Assembly (NCBI GenBank): GCA_001600695.1
Contig: BCKQ01000001.1
Span: 2,611,521 to 2,675,520 of the forward strand
DNA: 64,000 bases
Direction of reading: 5' to 3'
Origin: Ascoidea asiatica JCM 7603
Taxonomy: Eukaryota; Fungi; Ascomycota
Shown: positions 45,045-55,199 of the stretch, one piece after another
Numbering within the stretch: the first letter of the stretch is position 1
Layout: each line of letters starts with the position of its first letter
Notes under the pieces: model-generated
The model's input: only the letters and a program-made list of their open reading frames with translations
Told to the model about the DNA's origin: nothing
Databases searched by the model: none
Translations under genes and position numbers: made by a program

Positions 45045-46697
45045 CTAATGACTACGCGATTTTTTCTTTTTACCACTTGCTCCAATTGAAATATTTACTT
45101 TTGGAGGGGCACTAAACCCAAAACTTTTAGCTACCTTGGTTAAATCTAACTTATCAACATTATAAACTAATTTTGTCTGATGACTAGCATATGCTTGTAA
45201 ATAAGAGCGAAACCCATCTTTTGCACTTTGATGTAATAAATAATTACTACTAATTAAATTTTCAAGTTCCCTCTGAACATTTGCAATTTTATTTGTAGGA
45301 AATTCATATTCATTTAATGGAACTTTATGCTGTTTTAGATATCTTAAAAATCCTAACTCTGAAGGTATTAGAAACATTAAAGATTTACCTTTTCCATTTG
45401 AACCTCTTGCAGTTCTTCCAACCCTATGAATATAATCAGTTGGATCATCTGGTGGGTCAAATTGAATAATCCAATCAACAGCAGGAATATCTAAACCTCT
45501 TGCAGCTACATCCGTGCAGACCAATATACCTTTTTCAGCATTACAGAATTCAAAAAATGTATTTGTTCTTTTTTGTTGTTTTTGTTTACCATGTAAATCA
45601 AGTACTGGTAAATCAATATAATTTAATAATTCACTATAATATTTGACTGAGTTACATGATGAAACAAATACAATCACTTTTTTTTTTTGATTTCTTTTCA
45701 AAAAGGAGAATAGAAGTAAAAATCTTTTATCTGAATCACAAATAACATAACCTTGTTCTAAACCATCCGCTGTTGAATGCTGAGCTTCACTGGCAACATT
45801 GATATAAAGAGGGCCAGGCCTTAAAGAAACTCTAGCAAGATCTTCAACTTTAGTGGTTTGAGTAGCAGAAAATAGCATACTTTGTCTATTATCATTGGGT
45901 AATATTTTTATAATTTGTTTCATTTCTTCTTCAAAACCAATTTGTAAAATTCTATCAGCTTCATCAATAACTAAAGCTTTTAAATTTTTAAAGACAAAAC
46001 CTCTAGTATTTTGCAAATGATCCAAAAGTCTACCAGGGGTTGCAATAACTAAATTTACACCTTTAATAAGTTTTTCAGCTTCAGCTCTACGATTATTACC
46101 ACCAATAACAATACCAAATGTTTGTGAGTGAAATTCCATTAATTCTCTTGCAACGCCAAAAATTTGCAAAGCAAGTTCTCTTGTTGGTGAAACAACTATA
46201 ACTCCAGTTCCATTTCTTGGCTTGAATTTTAGAGAATGTAGCATTTCAATTGCAGGAATTAAAAAAGCCAAAGTTTTTCCTGAACCTGTTTTTGCTGCAC
46301 CCAAAACATCTCTTCCAGCCATAAGGGGAGGTATAGTTCGTGCTTGGACTGGTGTCATTTTAGTAAAACCCATTTTTTCTATTGCTTTTAAAGTTGATGG
46401 AGATAACTGTAAGTCAGCAAAATTTTCTTGGACTTCAGTTGAGGGATCAGGCACCGTTAGAGGGTTCTCTTCTATTTTTTTTTCCAAATTTTCACTTGAT
46501 TTTTCTTTTGTTTCTTCTATATCATTTTCAGTTATGGTTTTCTCAACCTTAGCTTCTTTTGTTTTTGAATCAGCACTTGCGGGTAGATATTTTGCTTTTA
46601 ATTTTTTCTGTAACTTATCTGCTTTAGCCTTATCATCTGAAGCACTAGCTTTAACTTTTGTTATCTTTGATTTCTGTTTTTTAATATTTGCAGTCAT
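45045..46697 (-). CDS. HAS1: DEAD-box RNA helicase Has1
   Basis: [33 protein letters not shown] and HRVGRTARG. Confidence 0.96.
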   Translation of the reverse strand: MTANIKKQKSKITKVKASASDDKAKADKLQKKLKAKYLPASADSKTKEAKVEKTITENDIEETKEKSSENLEKKIEENPLTVPDPSTEVQENFADLQLSPSTLKAIEKMGFTKMTPVQARTIPPLMAGRDVLGAAKTGSGKTLAFLIPAIEMLHSLKFKPRNGTGVIVVSPTRELALQIFGVARELMEFHSQTFGIVIGGNNRRAEAEKLIKGVNLVIATPGRLLDHLQNTRGFVFKNLKALVIDEADRILQIGFEEEMKQIIKILPNDNRQSMLFSATQTTKVEDLARVSLRPGPLYINVASEAQHSTADGLEQGYVICDSDKRFLLLFSFLKRNQKKKVIVFVSSCNSVKYYSELLNYIDLPVLDLHGKQKQQKRTNTFFEFCNAEKGILVCTDVAARGLDIPAVDWIIQFDPPDDPTDYIHRVGRTARGSNGKGKSLMFLIPSELGFLRYLKQHKVPLNEYEFPTNKIANVQRELENLISSNYLLHQSAKDGFRSYLQAYASHQTKLVYNVDKLDLTKVAKSFGFSAPPKVNISIGASGKKKKSRSH

Positions 46698-47297
46698 TTT
46701 TTAATGTTTTTGCTTTACTTATATAAACTAAGTTAAATATAAATATTGCTAAAAAAAATGCTTTGAAGTATATTATAAAGTTATATTTAGTTATGTTTCC
46801 AATATATATCCATATTTGATTCAATTTCGTAAAACAATGGTTTATTATATTTTAATATTTTCATTTGAAATTTTAAAAAAAAATTTCTTCCAAACTTTAT
46901 TGTTCTCTACCGGTAGTTAAGAAGACAACCCTAAGAAGACCCACTGGGATGGGTCAATACTCCGGTTTTATTATCCGTGTTCAGGATGCCATGATTGATT
47001 TTCGGGGCCTTACAGTTTTCGGTTCTAAGAACGAGTTTTCGGGGCTTGAACAGTTTTAGAATAGTTCGGTCAATAGACTTATGGGAAAGTTACTATTTTA
47101 TCTAGGACAGCTAAGTCCTGGTAATGGAAATTAGATTCGAGCTCCTTGCCTTGAAAGTTCGCTAAAAAGTTGCGCAATAAATATACAATAATCAATAATC
47201 ACATTTGAGCTGAGAACTATGGAAAAAAAAGCTGAATCAAATTGATATAAAAAAATAGCTTTATTAAAATTTAGTTACAAGTTATTATAGTGTTAAA

Positions 47298-48752
47298 ATG
47301 GATCCATCTCTAAACAGCACAAAAAAACATACAAAGGCGCTTCGTCACAATGCTGCCACAAGAGATTTGGTATGTTCTAAAATGATATTTTACAATATCA
47401 ATAAAATCAAAATGATATCAAATGGAAAAGCTTGTAATGTTTTACTAACACATTTTTACTCGTATTTAGCAAATAGAGGTATGCTTTTTATTTTTTTCAA
47501 GTTTTAATCATTTTTCAATTTCAAAAACTAACTGAGTGTAGTCTAATTTAATAACAGCAATAATAGCTGGAATTGGTGCTTCTGTAGCCCAAACATCTTT
47601 GACATGTAAGTATTTTCACTATTAAACGTCTGCCGGTTGTTAACTTGTTTATTTTATTGAGTTGCTCGGTTTTTTTTTCCTAGGAATCTGTTTTATTAAC
47701 TTTTTGATAACTTAAAATTGAAAACAAATTTCATTTTATTGGCATGTTTAGATCCTTTTGAGTATGTCAAAACTGTTCAGCAGTTGCATAGAAATGTGAA
47801 AAATAATAATCCTTTAGAATTTCCTTCAAAAATGAAATACTATACCGCTGGTCTAGGTGCATTGAATTTAGGAAATGCTTTAAAAGCAAGTTCAAGATTT
47901 TTAGTATTCAATAGTGCAAGTAAATTTATGGCAAATGAAAATGGTAAAACAACTGCACCTAGAGTTGTTATAGCTGGAATGATTACTGGATTTATAGAAA
48001 GTTTATGGGTAATTCCTTTCGAAAACATTAAAACTTTAATGATAGAAAATTCTTTAATATTGGATAGACGTGATGATTTACAAACTTTGAAAAAAGATAA
48101 TAATATTAATAGTAGTAACAACAATACTATTAATAAAAAGCAAAACCATAAAATCAAAAATACTAAATTAGAATTAAAAAAAGCTTTTCAAAAACCTATA
48201 AATTTAACTTTAGATAATGTTTTAAATTCTCAATCGCAAACTCAGAAACAAATAATCAATAAATGGGCTTTAAATCCATCAAAAATATTTTTTACTGCAG
48301 TTCAAGAATTATATGAAACAAAAGGTTTAAGAGGTTTTACAATTGCTTCAGGAATTACTTTATTTAGACAATGTTCTAACTCTGCTGTACGTTTTGGAAC
48401 TTATAATATGTTAAAACAATTAGTTAATCCTAATTCAAATCAAGAACTTTCTTCATATGCTTCTTTTGCTTTAGGAGTTATATCTTCTGGAGCTGTTGTT
48501 GCTGTGACGCAACCTATTGATGTTGTTAAAACAAGATTACAGTCTAAAAATGGACTTGGAAAATTATATAAAAATTCTCTAGATTGTTGTTTTAGAATAT
48601 TTGTTGAAGAAGGTGTTACCAAATTATGGAGTGGGTGGATTCCAAGACTGGTTAAAGTTAGTATAAGTGGAGGAATAACTTTTGCATTTTATCAAAATGT
48701 TGAAAACAATATTAAAGCATTAATGAAAGAAACTCCTTTTCAACCTGAATAA
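47298..48752 (+). CDS. Mitochondrial carrier (YFR045W/MRX20-like, citrate-carrier related). Proposed exons 47298-47369, 47470-47478, 47542-47605, 47752-48752 (381 aa)
   Basis: Carrier signatures PFEYVK, PFENIK and PIDVVKTR. Donors GTATGT (47370), GTATGC (47479) and GTAAGT (47606). Branch-like TACTAAC (47443), AACTAAC (47526) and TATTAAC (47694). Splicing restores TM1: IIAGIGASVAQTSLTYPFE. Confidence 0.82.
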
Positions 48753-48914
48753 ATTCTAGCAATGAAATAAAAAAAAATAAAAAGATAAATTGTAAATAAT
48801 TGGAAAAATTTATCCAAAATTATATATTCTATATTCTACAAATTAATTTAATGTTACATTAAAGATATTTTGTATATTTTTTTTTGTTTAATTGAAGTTC
48901 ATATAATCCTTCAA

Positions 48915-49835
48915 CTAAACTAAAGTTGTTAATTTAGCAGAAAGTTCAATTTGAGTTTTAATTGAACTTGCAAGATATTCAACCATGAAAGTATCTTGAA
49001 TATGAGAATTGAACATATTTTCAATATTTTCAATACCAAGTTTTGTTGGAGATGCAGGTATATTACTCAAAAGATATTTTCCAAGATTATCATCACCTTC
49101 AATATCACCATTAATAACTTTTGTTACATAATCTGAAGCTTTATCAATTAATTCAGTAATCTTACTTAAATCATTTGTAAGAACTTCTAATTCATTTGAA
49201 TGACCACTTGGTAATTCAATAGATCTATTAACATTATTATCATTTGCTTTAGAAGCCCAAGATAATACAGTTTTTTCTTCTTTAGAATAAACTACAGTAT
49301 GTGGAATTGGAACAAAAGCAGTTGAATTTTGTTCATTTACAGCAGATTTTCCAACCATAGTTGTAATATAAGAACTTAATTGTGGAACACATGCTGCATT
49401 ACCTTCTTTTGATTTTAAAGTTAAATGAACTATTGGAATAGAATAATTTCCATCAGTATAAAAGTTATTAATTAAACTTGAATACATATCTATTTCTGGA
49501 ATTGTAGAAAACCAACCAACAATTGAAATTTTTGAATTTGCTTTTTTATATATATTTAAAAATGTTTTATGATTATATTCATTAACAGTAACATTATCAT
49601 CTTCTTCATTATGCTGAACAATATAAGCATCCTGAATTTCAATTTCAGAATTATCATCAGAACGACTACCTAATAAAGTTCCAATTACTCTACTATTACC
49701 TTCTTGAACACGTAAAGCAGCTTCATAAATTGAAAATACTGCATTTGGTTGAATTGAAATTTTAATTGTGGATGAAGATAAAGCTGAAGATGCTAAAGAA
49801 CTCGGCTTGACAAGATGTAAATTTTTAGAGCTCAT
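48915..49835 (-). CDS. Translation initiation factor eIF3 subunit F (MPN domain)
   Basis: IQPNAVFSI, RVIGTLLG, IVGWFST and the C-terminal FNSHIQD.FMVEYLASSIKTQIELSAKL. Confidence 0.9.
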   Translation of the reverse strand: MSSKNLHLVKPSSLASSALSSSTIKISIQPNAVFSIYEAALRVQEGNSRVIGTLLGSRSDDNSEIEIQDAYIVQHNEEDDNVTVNEYNHKTFLNIYKKANSKISIVGWFSTIPEIDMYSSLINNFYTDGNYSIPIVHLTLKSKEGNAACVPQLSSYITTMVGKSAVNEQNSTAFVPIPHTVVYSKEEKTVLSWASKANDNNVNRSIELPSGHSNELEVLTNDLSKITELIDKASDYVTKVINGDIEGDDNLGKYLLSNIPASPTKLGIENIENMFNSHIQDTFMVEYLASSIKTQIELSAKLTTLV

Positions 49836-50139
49836 TTTTAAATAATTTTATTCTAAAAAACTTTTGTTTATCTAGTTGAATAACACTAATATCACTTTGA
49901 TATTGTTTTAATTTCTGATTTGAATATTGTTTTATATTTAATATACTTGGTACGAATATCTATAATTTTTCAATCAACTTTAGTTATTCTTCATTATGAT
50001 AAGGTAACTGCTAATTTGTGTTTTTGAAAAAGTTTTCGTTTTCGTTTTGCTTTCCTTAACGTTATGATTCACACGTGATCATACACCTACAGTAACTATT
50101 ACAGCACTGTAAATCACAACTCATTATTATCTATCCATA

Positions 50140-50450
50140 AACTATCAAAGTTTCAATCGACAGTCAAAATTCCTTCTGATTTGATTATTTTATAAATTCA
50201 AGGTTTGATAACTGACTTCATTGGTAGCATGATTAATAATAGAGGATGCTTTATCTACAATATTTTTAAAAAACATTTCTTCAATGAAGAAGCTCATATT
50301 AAAGCTATACAAAGATGGGTCACTTTGTGTTAAAGTCTATGAGAAGATTTTGATTTAGAATCCTCGCTGCAATTTCACGTACAATGATCTGGAAGATTAT
50401 TCACTAACTTTTTTGATAAATTTTCTGACTTCTCTATCGAGCAACATTGT
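50140..50450 (+). ncRNA. Candidate structured ncRNA (snoRNA-like), unassigned
   Basis: Three hand-folded hairpins with G-U pairs favouring the + strand, an ANANNA after hairpin 1, ACA at 50444, then GTAA, a T-tract and TCTT (Nrd1/Nab3-type terminator). No ORF of 60 aa or more. Confidence 0.45.
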
Positions 50451-51007
50451 GATTTGTAAGTTTTTTTTTTTTTTCTTTGGCATTTTCTTTTGTTTTGACC
50501 AAAATTATTTTAGATTTTAGATTCATATATATTTTTGAATATATCTCACTTTTTCGAATTAAGAAGTAAAAAAGAAATCAGAATATAATAATTGGAAAAA
50601 AAAAAAAAAAAAAATAAATAGAATAAAAACTTCAAAATCAGGATCTATTTTTTTGAATAAGATTTTTATTTTGCCAAATTGAACGAAATAAAAAAAAAAA
50701 AGAAAATTGTTTTCAGTGAGAAAAACGTATTCAGCTTTCAGTGGTTTTTGAGACCACTTTTTTGGGTTAGCAAACCACGAAGCCTCTTTTCCCACAGTAA
50801 GTTTAATTAAATCACATGACTCTAAACACGTGATATTTTTGTATTATTTTAATTTTAAGTTTGAGAAAAATAGCTTCGTTTTTTACTGAAAAGATTAACG
50901 CTGTAATGAAAAAATAGTTTTGAAATGAAAAAAAACTTACATAGGGATTTGATATTTTTTATTAGATAGACAATTGATTTCAAAACTTATATATAAACCA
51001 ATAGAAA

Positions 51008-51952
51008 ATGGCAAAGCGAAGTAGAGCTGCCCGAAATGGGGAAGCTTCGGATGAACAAATAAACTCAGACATAGATTTAAGTTCTTCTGAGGAGTCAAGT
51101 AGTGAAGATGTTGATGTTGAAAGAGATTCAAATGGTCAAGAAATTGTAAATGTAGATTTTGATTTTTTTGATCTTGATCCAGAGGTTGATTTTCATGCAA
51201 CAAGAACATTTTTAAAGCAATTATTTGGAGATGATTATCAACAATTTGATCTTTCTTCTTTAGCCAATTTAATCTTAGATCCACAAAACTCAAAAGTAGG
51301 AACAACAATTAAAACTGATGGTAAAACAAGTGATCCCTTTGCAATTCTCACCTCTATTTCTTTAAATAATTATTTTCAATCACCTTCTGTTAACACTCTC
51401 ATTGATTATATTAATACGAAACTTAAAACTTCATCAAGGCCAGATTTTCTCATGCTTTTGCAAAAGGCTCTTCAAATAAATAATGGTGATAATGTAGGAT
51501 TGATAATAAATGAAAGAATAATAAATTTACCTGTTGAAATTATGCCTCCAGCTTTCAAATTTTTAACAAAAGAGATTTGTTCTAAAGAATCCAATCAAAA
51601 TTATTTTTTAATAATATCTAAGGTTTATAAAATGGTGGATTCTTCAATAAGTGATGACTCTGATATGGACTCAGATATAGATTCAAATCAAACAAATTCT
51701 CATAAAAAAATCAAAAAAAGTGAAGATAAAAATCAGCAAGAATTTGAATATTTTCATTATGAAGATATTGTTTTAGAAAAATATTCTTCAAAACATATTA
51801 TTTTACCATATGATAATCAATTACAGGATACTGATTCTAGACGAGTTTTCAATAATTATGGTATTCAACCTCATTTAAGTTTAATCTTTATTGAAAAAAA
51901 TAATTTATTAAAAGCGGTTCCTGAAATGGAATTAAAATTTCCAACTTTTTAA
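51008..51952 (+). CDS. BCP1: Bcp1 (BCCIP/p21-C-terminal-binding family)
   Basis: VNVDFDFFD.DPEVDFHA, VGTTIKTDG..SDPF, GLIINER.INLP, YFHYED and DSRRVF..YGI.P. Confidence 0.93.
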   Translation: MAKRSRAARNGEASDEQINSDIDLSSSEESSSEDVDVERDSNGQEIVNVDFDFFDLDPEVDFHATRTFLKQLFGDDYQQFDLSSLANLILDPQNSKVGTTIKTDGKTSDPFAILTSISLNNYFQSPSVNTLIDYINTKLKTSSRPDFLMLLQKALQINNGDNVGLIINERIINLPVEIMPPAFKFLTKEICSKESNQNYFLIISKVYKMVDSSISDDSDMDSDIDSNQTNSHKKIKKSEDKNQQEFEYFHYEDIVLEKYSSKHIILPYDNQLQDTDSRRVFNNYGIQPHLSLIFIEKNNLLKAVPEMELKFPTF

Positions 51953-53036
51953 TCTTTTTTAATCTACTTTTTATCAATAAAAACATATAATAGTAATCTT
52001 TTTAGAAATACCGAGAATATATTTTTATATATACTGTATATATTGTGTATGTTTATTCATAATGTTAAATAGTGCAGGATTATAGTATGATTGATTTTTG
52101 GTTAAGTGATTTAAAATAAGGAATAATTAGGAAAGTAAAACCTATTGGAGTTTTGTACTCTGTAGGAATAGTTTAGTTTTAGAGGAATAATAAATAATGA
52201 AAAAATATTGAAAAATAGCAAAAGTAAAGTTGAATGAAACAAAAAAGATAAAAAAAAAACGAAAAAAATCGTATACAAGTACAAGTAGTAATTACAAAAT
52301 TTAGTAAGCGAAAAGCAAATGAGAAAGAAAAGTTTTCACTAAAACAAAGTAGGATGTATAAATTTTTAATATAAGATTATATAAAAATAATTAAAAAATA
52401 GTAATTAAAAGTAAAAACTTAGACGAGATTAAAAGGAGGATATATCAAAATAATAAAAACAAGAGGAAAATAATTGAATAAATATAAAAAAAATTTTTAA
52501 GCATGACCAATTATAAATAAAATAAGGTAAATTAAAAGGAGATAAAATAAGATAAGATAAGATAGGATAAGAAAACAATAAAATGAAAAAATAAAAGATC
52601 AACTAAAAAGAACAATCAAAAAAGCAGTAGGATTAAATTCAAAACATCACAGAAAATGTAATGTTAATGAGGATCAAAAATTAATAGAGGATATTAAAGT
52701 GACAAAAGGCAAAAATGACATATAATAAAAACAAATTACCGCAAATAAATGTTAATAATAATAATGATAATAATAATAATAATAGTAATAATAGTAGTAG
52801 TTAAAGCAAATTAAAGATGGAAACAGAATATAAGGGATAAATATCACTAGCTTTTTTTTTCATTTTTTGAATTTTTTAGTTTTTTTTTTTTCTAAAAAAA
52901 ATAACAAAATTAAAAAGAATCTGACTGTAGAGTTTTTCTTTTTTCTTTCTTTCTTTAAAGCCGATATATGTATTTATATTAGAAATTTATTTTCGTTTGT
53001 TAAGAGATATATTGATAACCAAAAAATAATTCAAAT

Positions 53037-54665
53037 TTAAAAATTGAAATTTCCTTCAGTTTGCTGAGTTCCAAAACCAAAAGAATCACCTTGAATATCA
53101 GGATTCAAATTATTTGTAGCAGGTTCATCAAGACCATCATCATCATTGAAATATTTATCAATAATATTATAAGCTTTTCTATAAATTTTTTCATTACCAT
53201 TTCTTTGACATTCAAAAATTTTATCCATTCCACCAGCATCTTCAATAAATACCGAATATTTATTTATTGTTGAACCAGAAGCTTCTTTATCCATTTCACC
53301 CATTCTAAGAATATTTTCTAAAGCATCAAGAGTAACTTCAATAATTTTATTATCAGCTTCAGCTAATAAATCACATAAAGGTCTAATACAACCTTGAGAA
53401 ACTAAATATCTAATTTGATCAGGTTTTGTTAAACCACCAGAAGAAGCATTTGAAATAGCCCAACAAGCTTCTTTTCTTGTTTTATAATCACCATTTGCAG
53501 CTAATAATTTTATTAAAGGAGGAATTAAATTTGCATCAATAACAGCTTGAATTTGTTCAGTATTACCAGCAGTTATATTTGAAATTGTCCAACAAGCTTC
53601 TTTTCTAATTGATTCTTTTGCAGAAGATAATAAAGGTAATAAAGCAGGTAAAACACCCGAATTTATAACAATTTGAGTTTGTTTATCATCACCAGTTACA
53701 ATATTACCAACAGCTCTTAAAGCAGGAGTTTGAACTAAAGTTGAATCATGATTTAATAATTCAACTAATCTTTTTGGAATTCTAACATTAATTACGGCTT
53801 GAATTGCATCACTTGGACCATCAGATAAATAAGAAATTGCCCAACAAGCATCAATTAAAGTTTCAACATCAGTTGAATAAATTAATTTAGCTAAAGTTGG
53901 TAAAGCAGCAGAAACTAAAGACCAATTTGGTTGAGGATTTTTACCTCTACAAAGATTTGAAAGAGTCCAAGTTGCAGTTCTTAATAAAGACATTTTTTCA
54001 CAATTAAATAAAGCTAAAACTGGAGCCATTGCATTACAACTTAAAACATAATCTCTATATTGAGAACAATCTCCAGCAACATTACCTAAAGCCCAAATTG
54101 CTTGTTCTTTAACTTCTAAAGAAGAAGAATATAATAATTGAACAAATAAAGGTACAGCAGAACTATCTACAACAACTTTAGTTTGTTTTGAAGTTCCAGA
54201 AGCAATATTTGTTAAAGCCCAAGCAGCTTCTAATTCTAAAATTTCAGGTTTATCTTGCATAAAATTAACTAAAATTGGTACAACACCAGTTTCAATAACT
54301 AAATCAATTGGAGGATTATGTTCTCTTGATAAAATTTGTCTAAATTTAGTTGTTGCAGCCATTTGAGAATTAAAATCATTTGATTGAATTTGTTCCATCA
54401 TTTTTGGTAAATCTTGTTGTAATTGAGATAAAAATTTTGATTCATCATGTTCATTTTCATTATCAGAATCATCATCAGAATCTAATAAATCAGAATCAAC
54501 TAAATTACGTCTTTTTGCTAAAGTTTCATCTCTTTTTTGTTTACGTAATTCAACTTGTTGATTTTCACGACGACGACGTAATTCATCAGCAGCAAATCTA
54601 CCTTTATTTTTGAATTGAGTACGACGATGTTCTGGAATAAATCTTGTTGTTGAATCAGTATCCAT
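53037..54665 (-). CDS. SRP1: Importin alpha (karyopherin alpha, Kap60)
   Basis: IBB domain (ELRRRR...[17 protein letters not shown]) and ARM repeats ([25 protein letters not shown]). Confidence 0.97.
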   Translation of the reverse strand: MDTDSTTRFIPEHRRTQFKNKGRFAADELRRRRENQQVELRKQKRDETLAKRRNLVDSDLLDSDDDSDNENEHDESKFLSQLQQDLPKMMEQIQSNDFNSQMAATTKFRQILSREHNPPIDLVIETGVVPILVNFMQDKPEILELEAAWALTNIASGTSKQTKVVVDSSAVPLFVQLLYSSSLEVKEQAIWALGNVAGDCSQYRDYVLSCNAMAPVLALFNCEKMSLLRTATWTLSNLCRGKNPQPNWSLVSAALPTLAKLIYSTDVETLIDACWAISYLSDGPSDAIQAVINVRIPKRLVELLNHDSTLVQTPALRAVGNIVTGDDKQTQIVINSGVLPALLPLLSSAKESIRKEACWTISNITAGNTEQIQAVIDANLIPPLIKLLAANGDYKTRKEACWAISNASSGGLTKPDQIRYLVSQGCIRPLCDLLAEADNKIIEVTLDALENILRMGEMDKEASGSTINKYSVFIEDAGGMDKIFECQRNGNEKIYRKAYNIIDKYFNDDDGLDEPATNNLNPDIQGDSFGFGTQQTEGNFNF

Positions 54666-54705
54666 TTTTAATTTTATATTATATGATATTATATTTATAT
54701 ATATT

Positions 54706-54752
54706 GTAATTAGTAATTAGTAATTAGTAATTAGTATTTAGTATTTAGTAAT
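54706..54752. repeat. Heptamer tandem repeat (GTAATTA/GTATTTA)n in the SRP1 5' region
   Basis: Read directly from the sequence. Confidence 0.8.
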
Positions 54753-55199
54753 TAATTTGAAATAAATTGAATTGAATTATAATAAAACTTTATATTTATG
54801 AAAGATAAACTAATGTAAAAGATATATAATCAAATACGATAGATATTATTGAACTGATTAAGAAGAGGGAGGAGGAGGAGGAGGGGGGTATAGTAATAGG
54901 ATAACTAGTTTATTAATTAGATTTATATTTTAATGAATCAATAAATCAATAAATCAGTAAATCGATAAATCAATAATATAATAACAAACAATAAATAATA
55001 TGAAAATAATAAAATATAATATTATATTATATTAAGATAAAAATATTAAAAAAAAAATAATAAAACTTTTGTTAAAAAATTGAAAAAAATGAAAAGTATT
55101 TTAAAAACATTAAAAGAAGCATTAAAAAGACAATTTTAAAAAAGAGAGGATTAATTGATTTAAGTACGGGTAAAGCTAATACAGTACTGAGACAGAAAG

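Noticed and set aside
46222-46704. 160-aa antisense ORF over HAS1 (and similar shadows over COG6, GLN1, CHS1, the carrier, SRP1, ANT1)
   Set aside because: Antisense or alternate-frame shadows of real genes with no independent coding signal.
50760-50945. Possible - strand intron (GTAAGT at 50940-50935, TGCTAAC near 50770)
   Set aside because: No coherent exon or ORF on either side. Such motifs arise by chance in AT-rich DNA.
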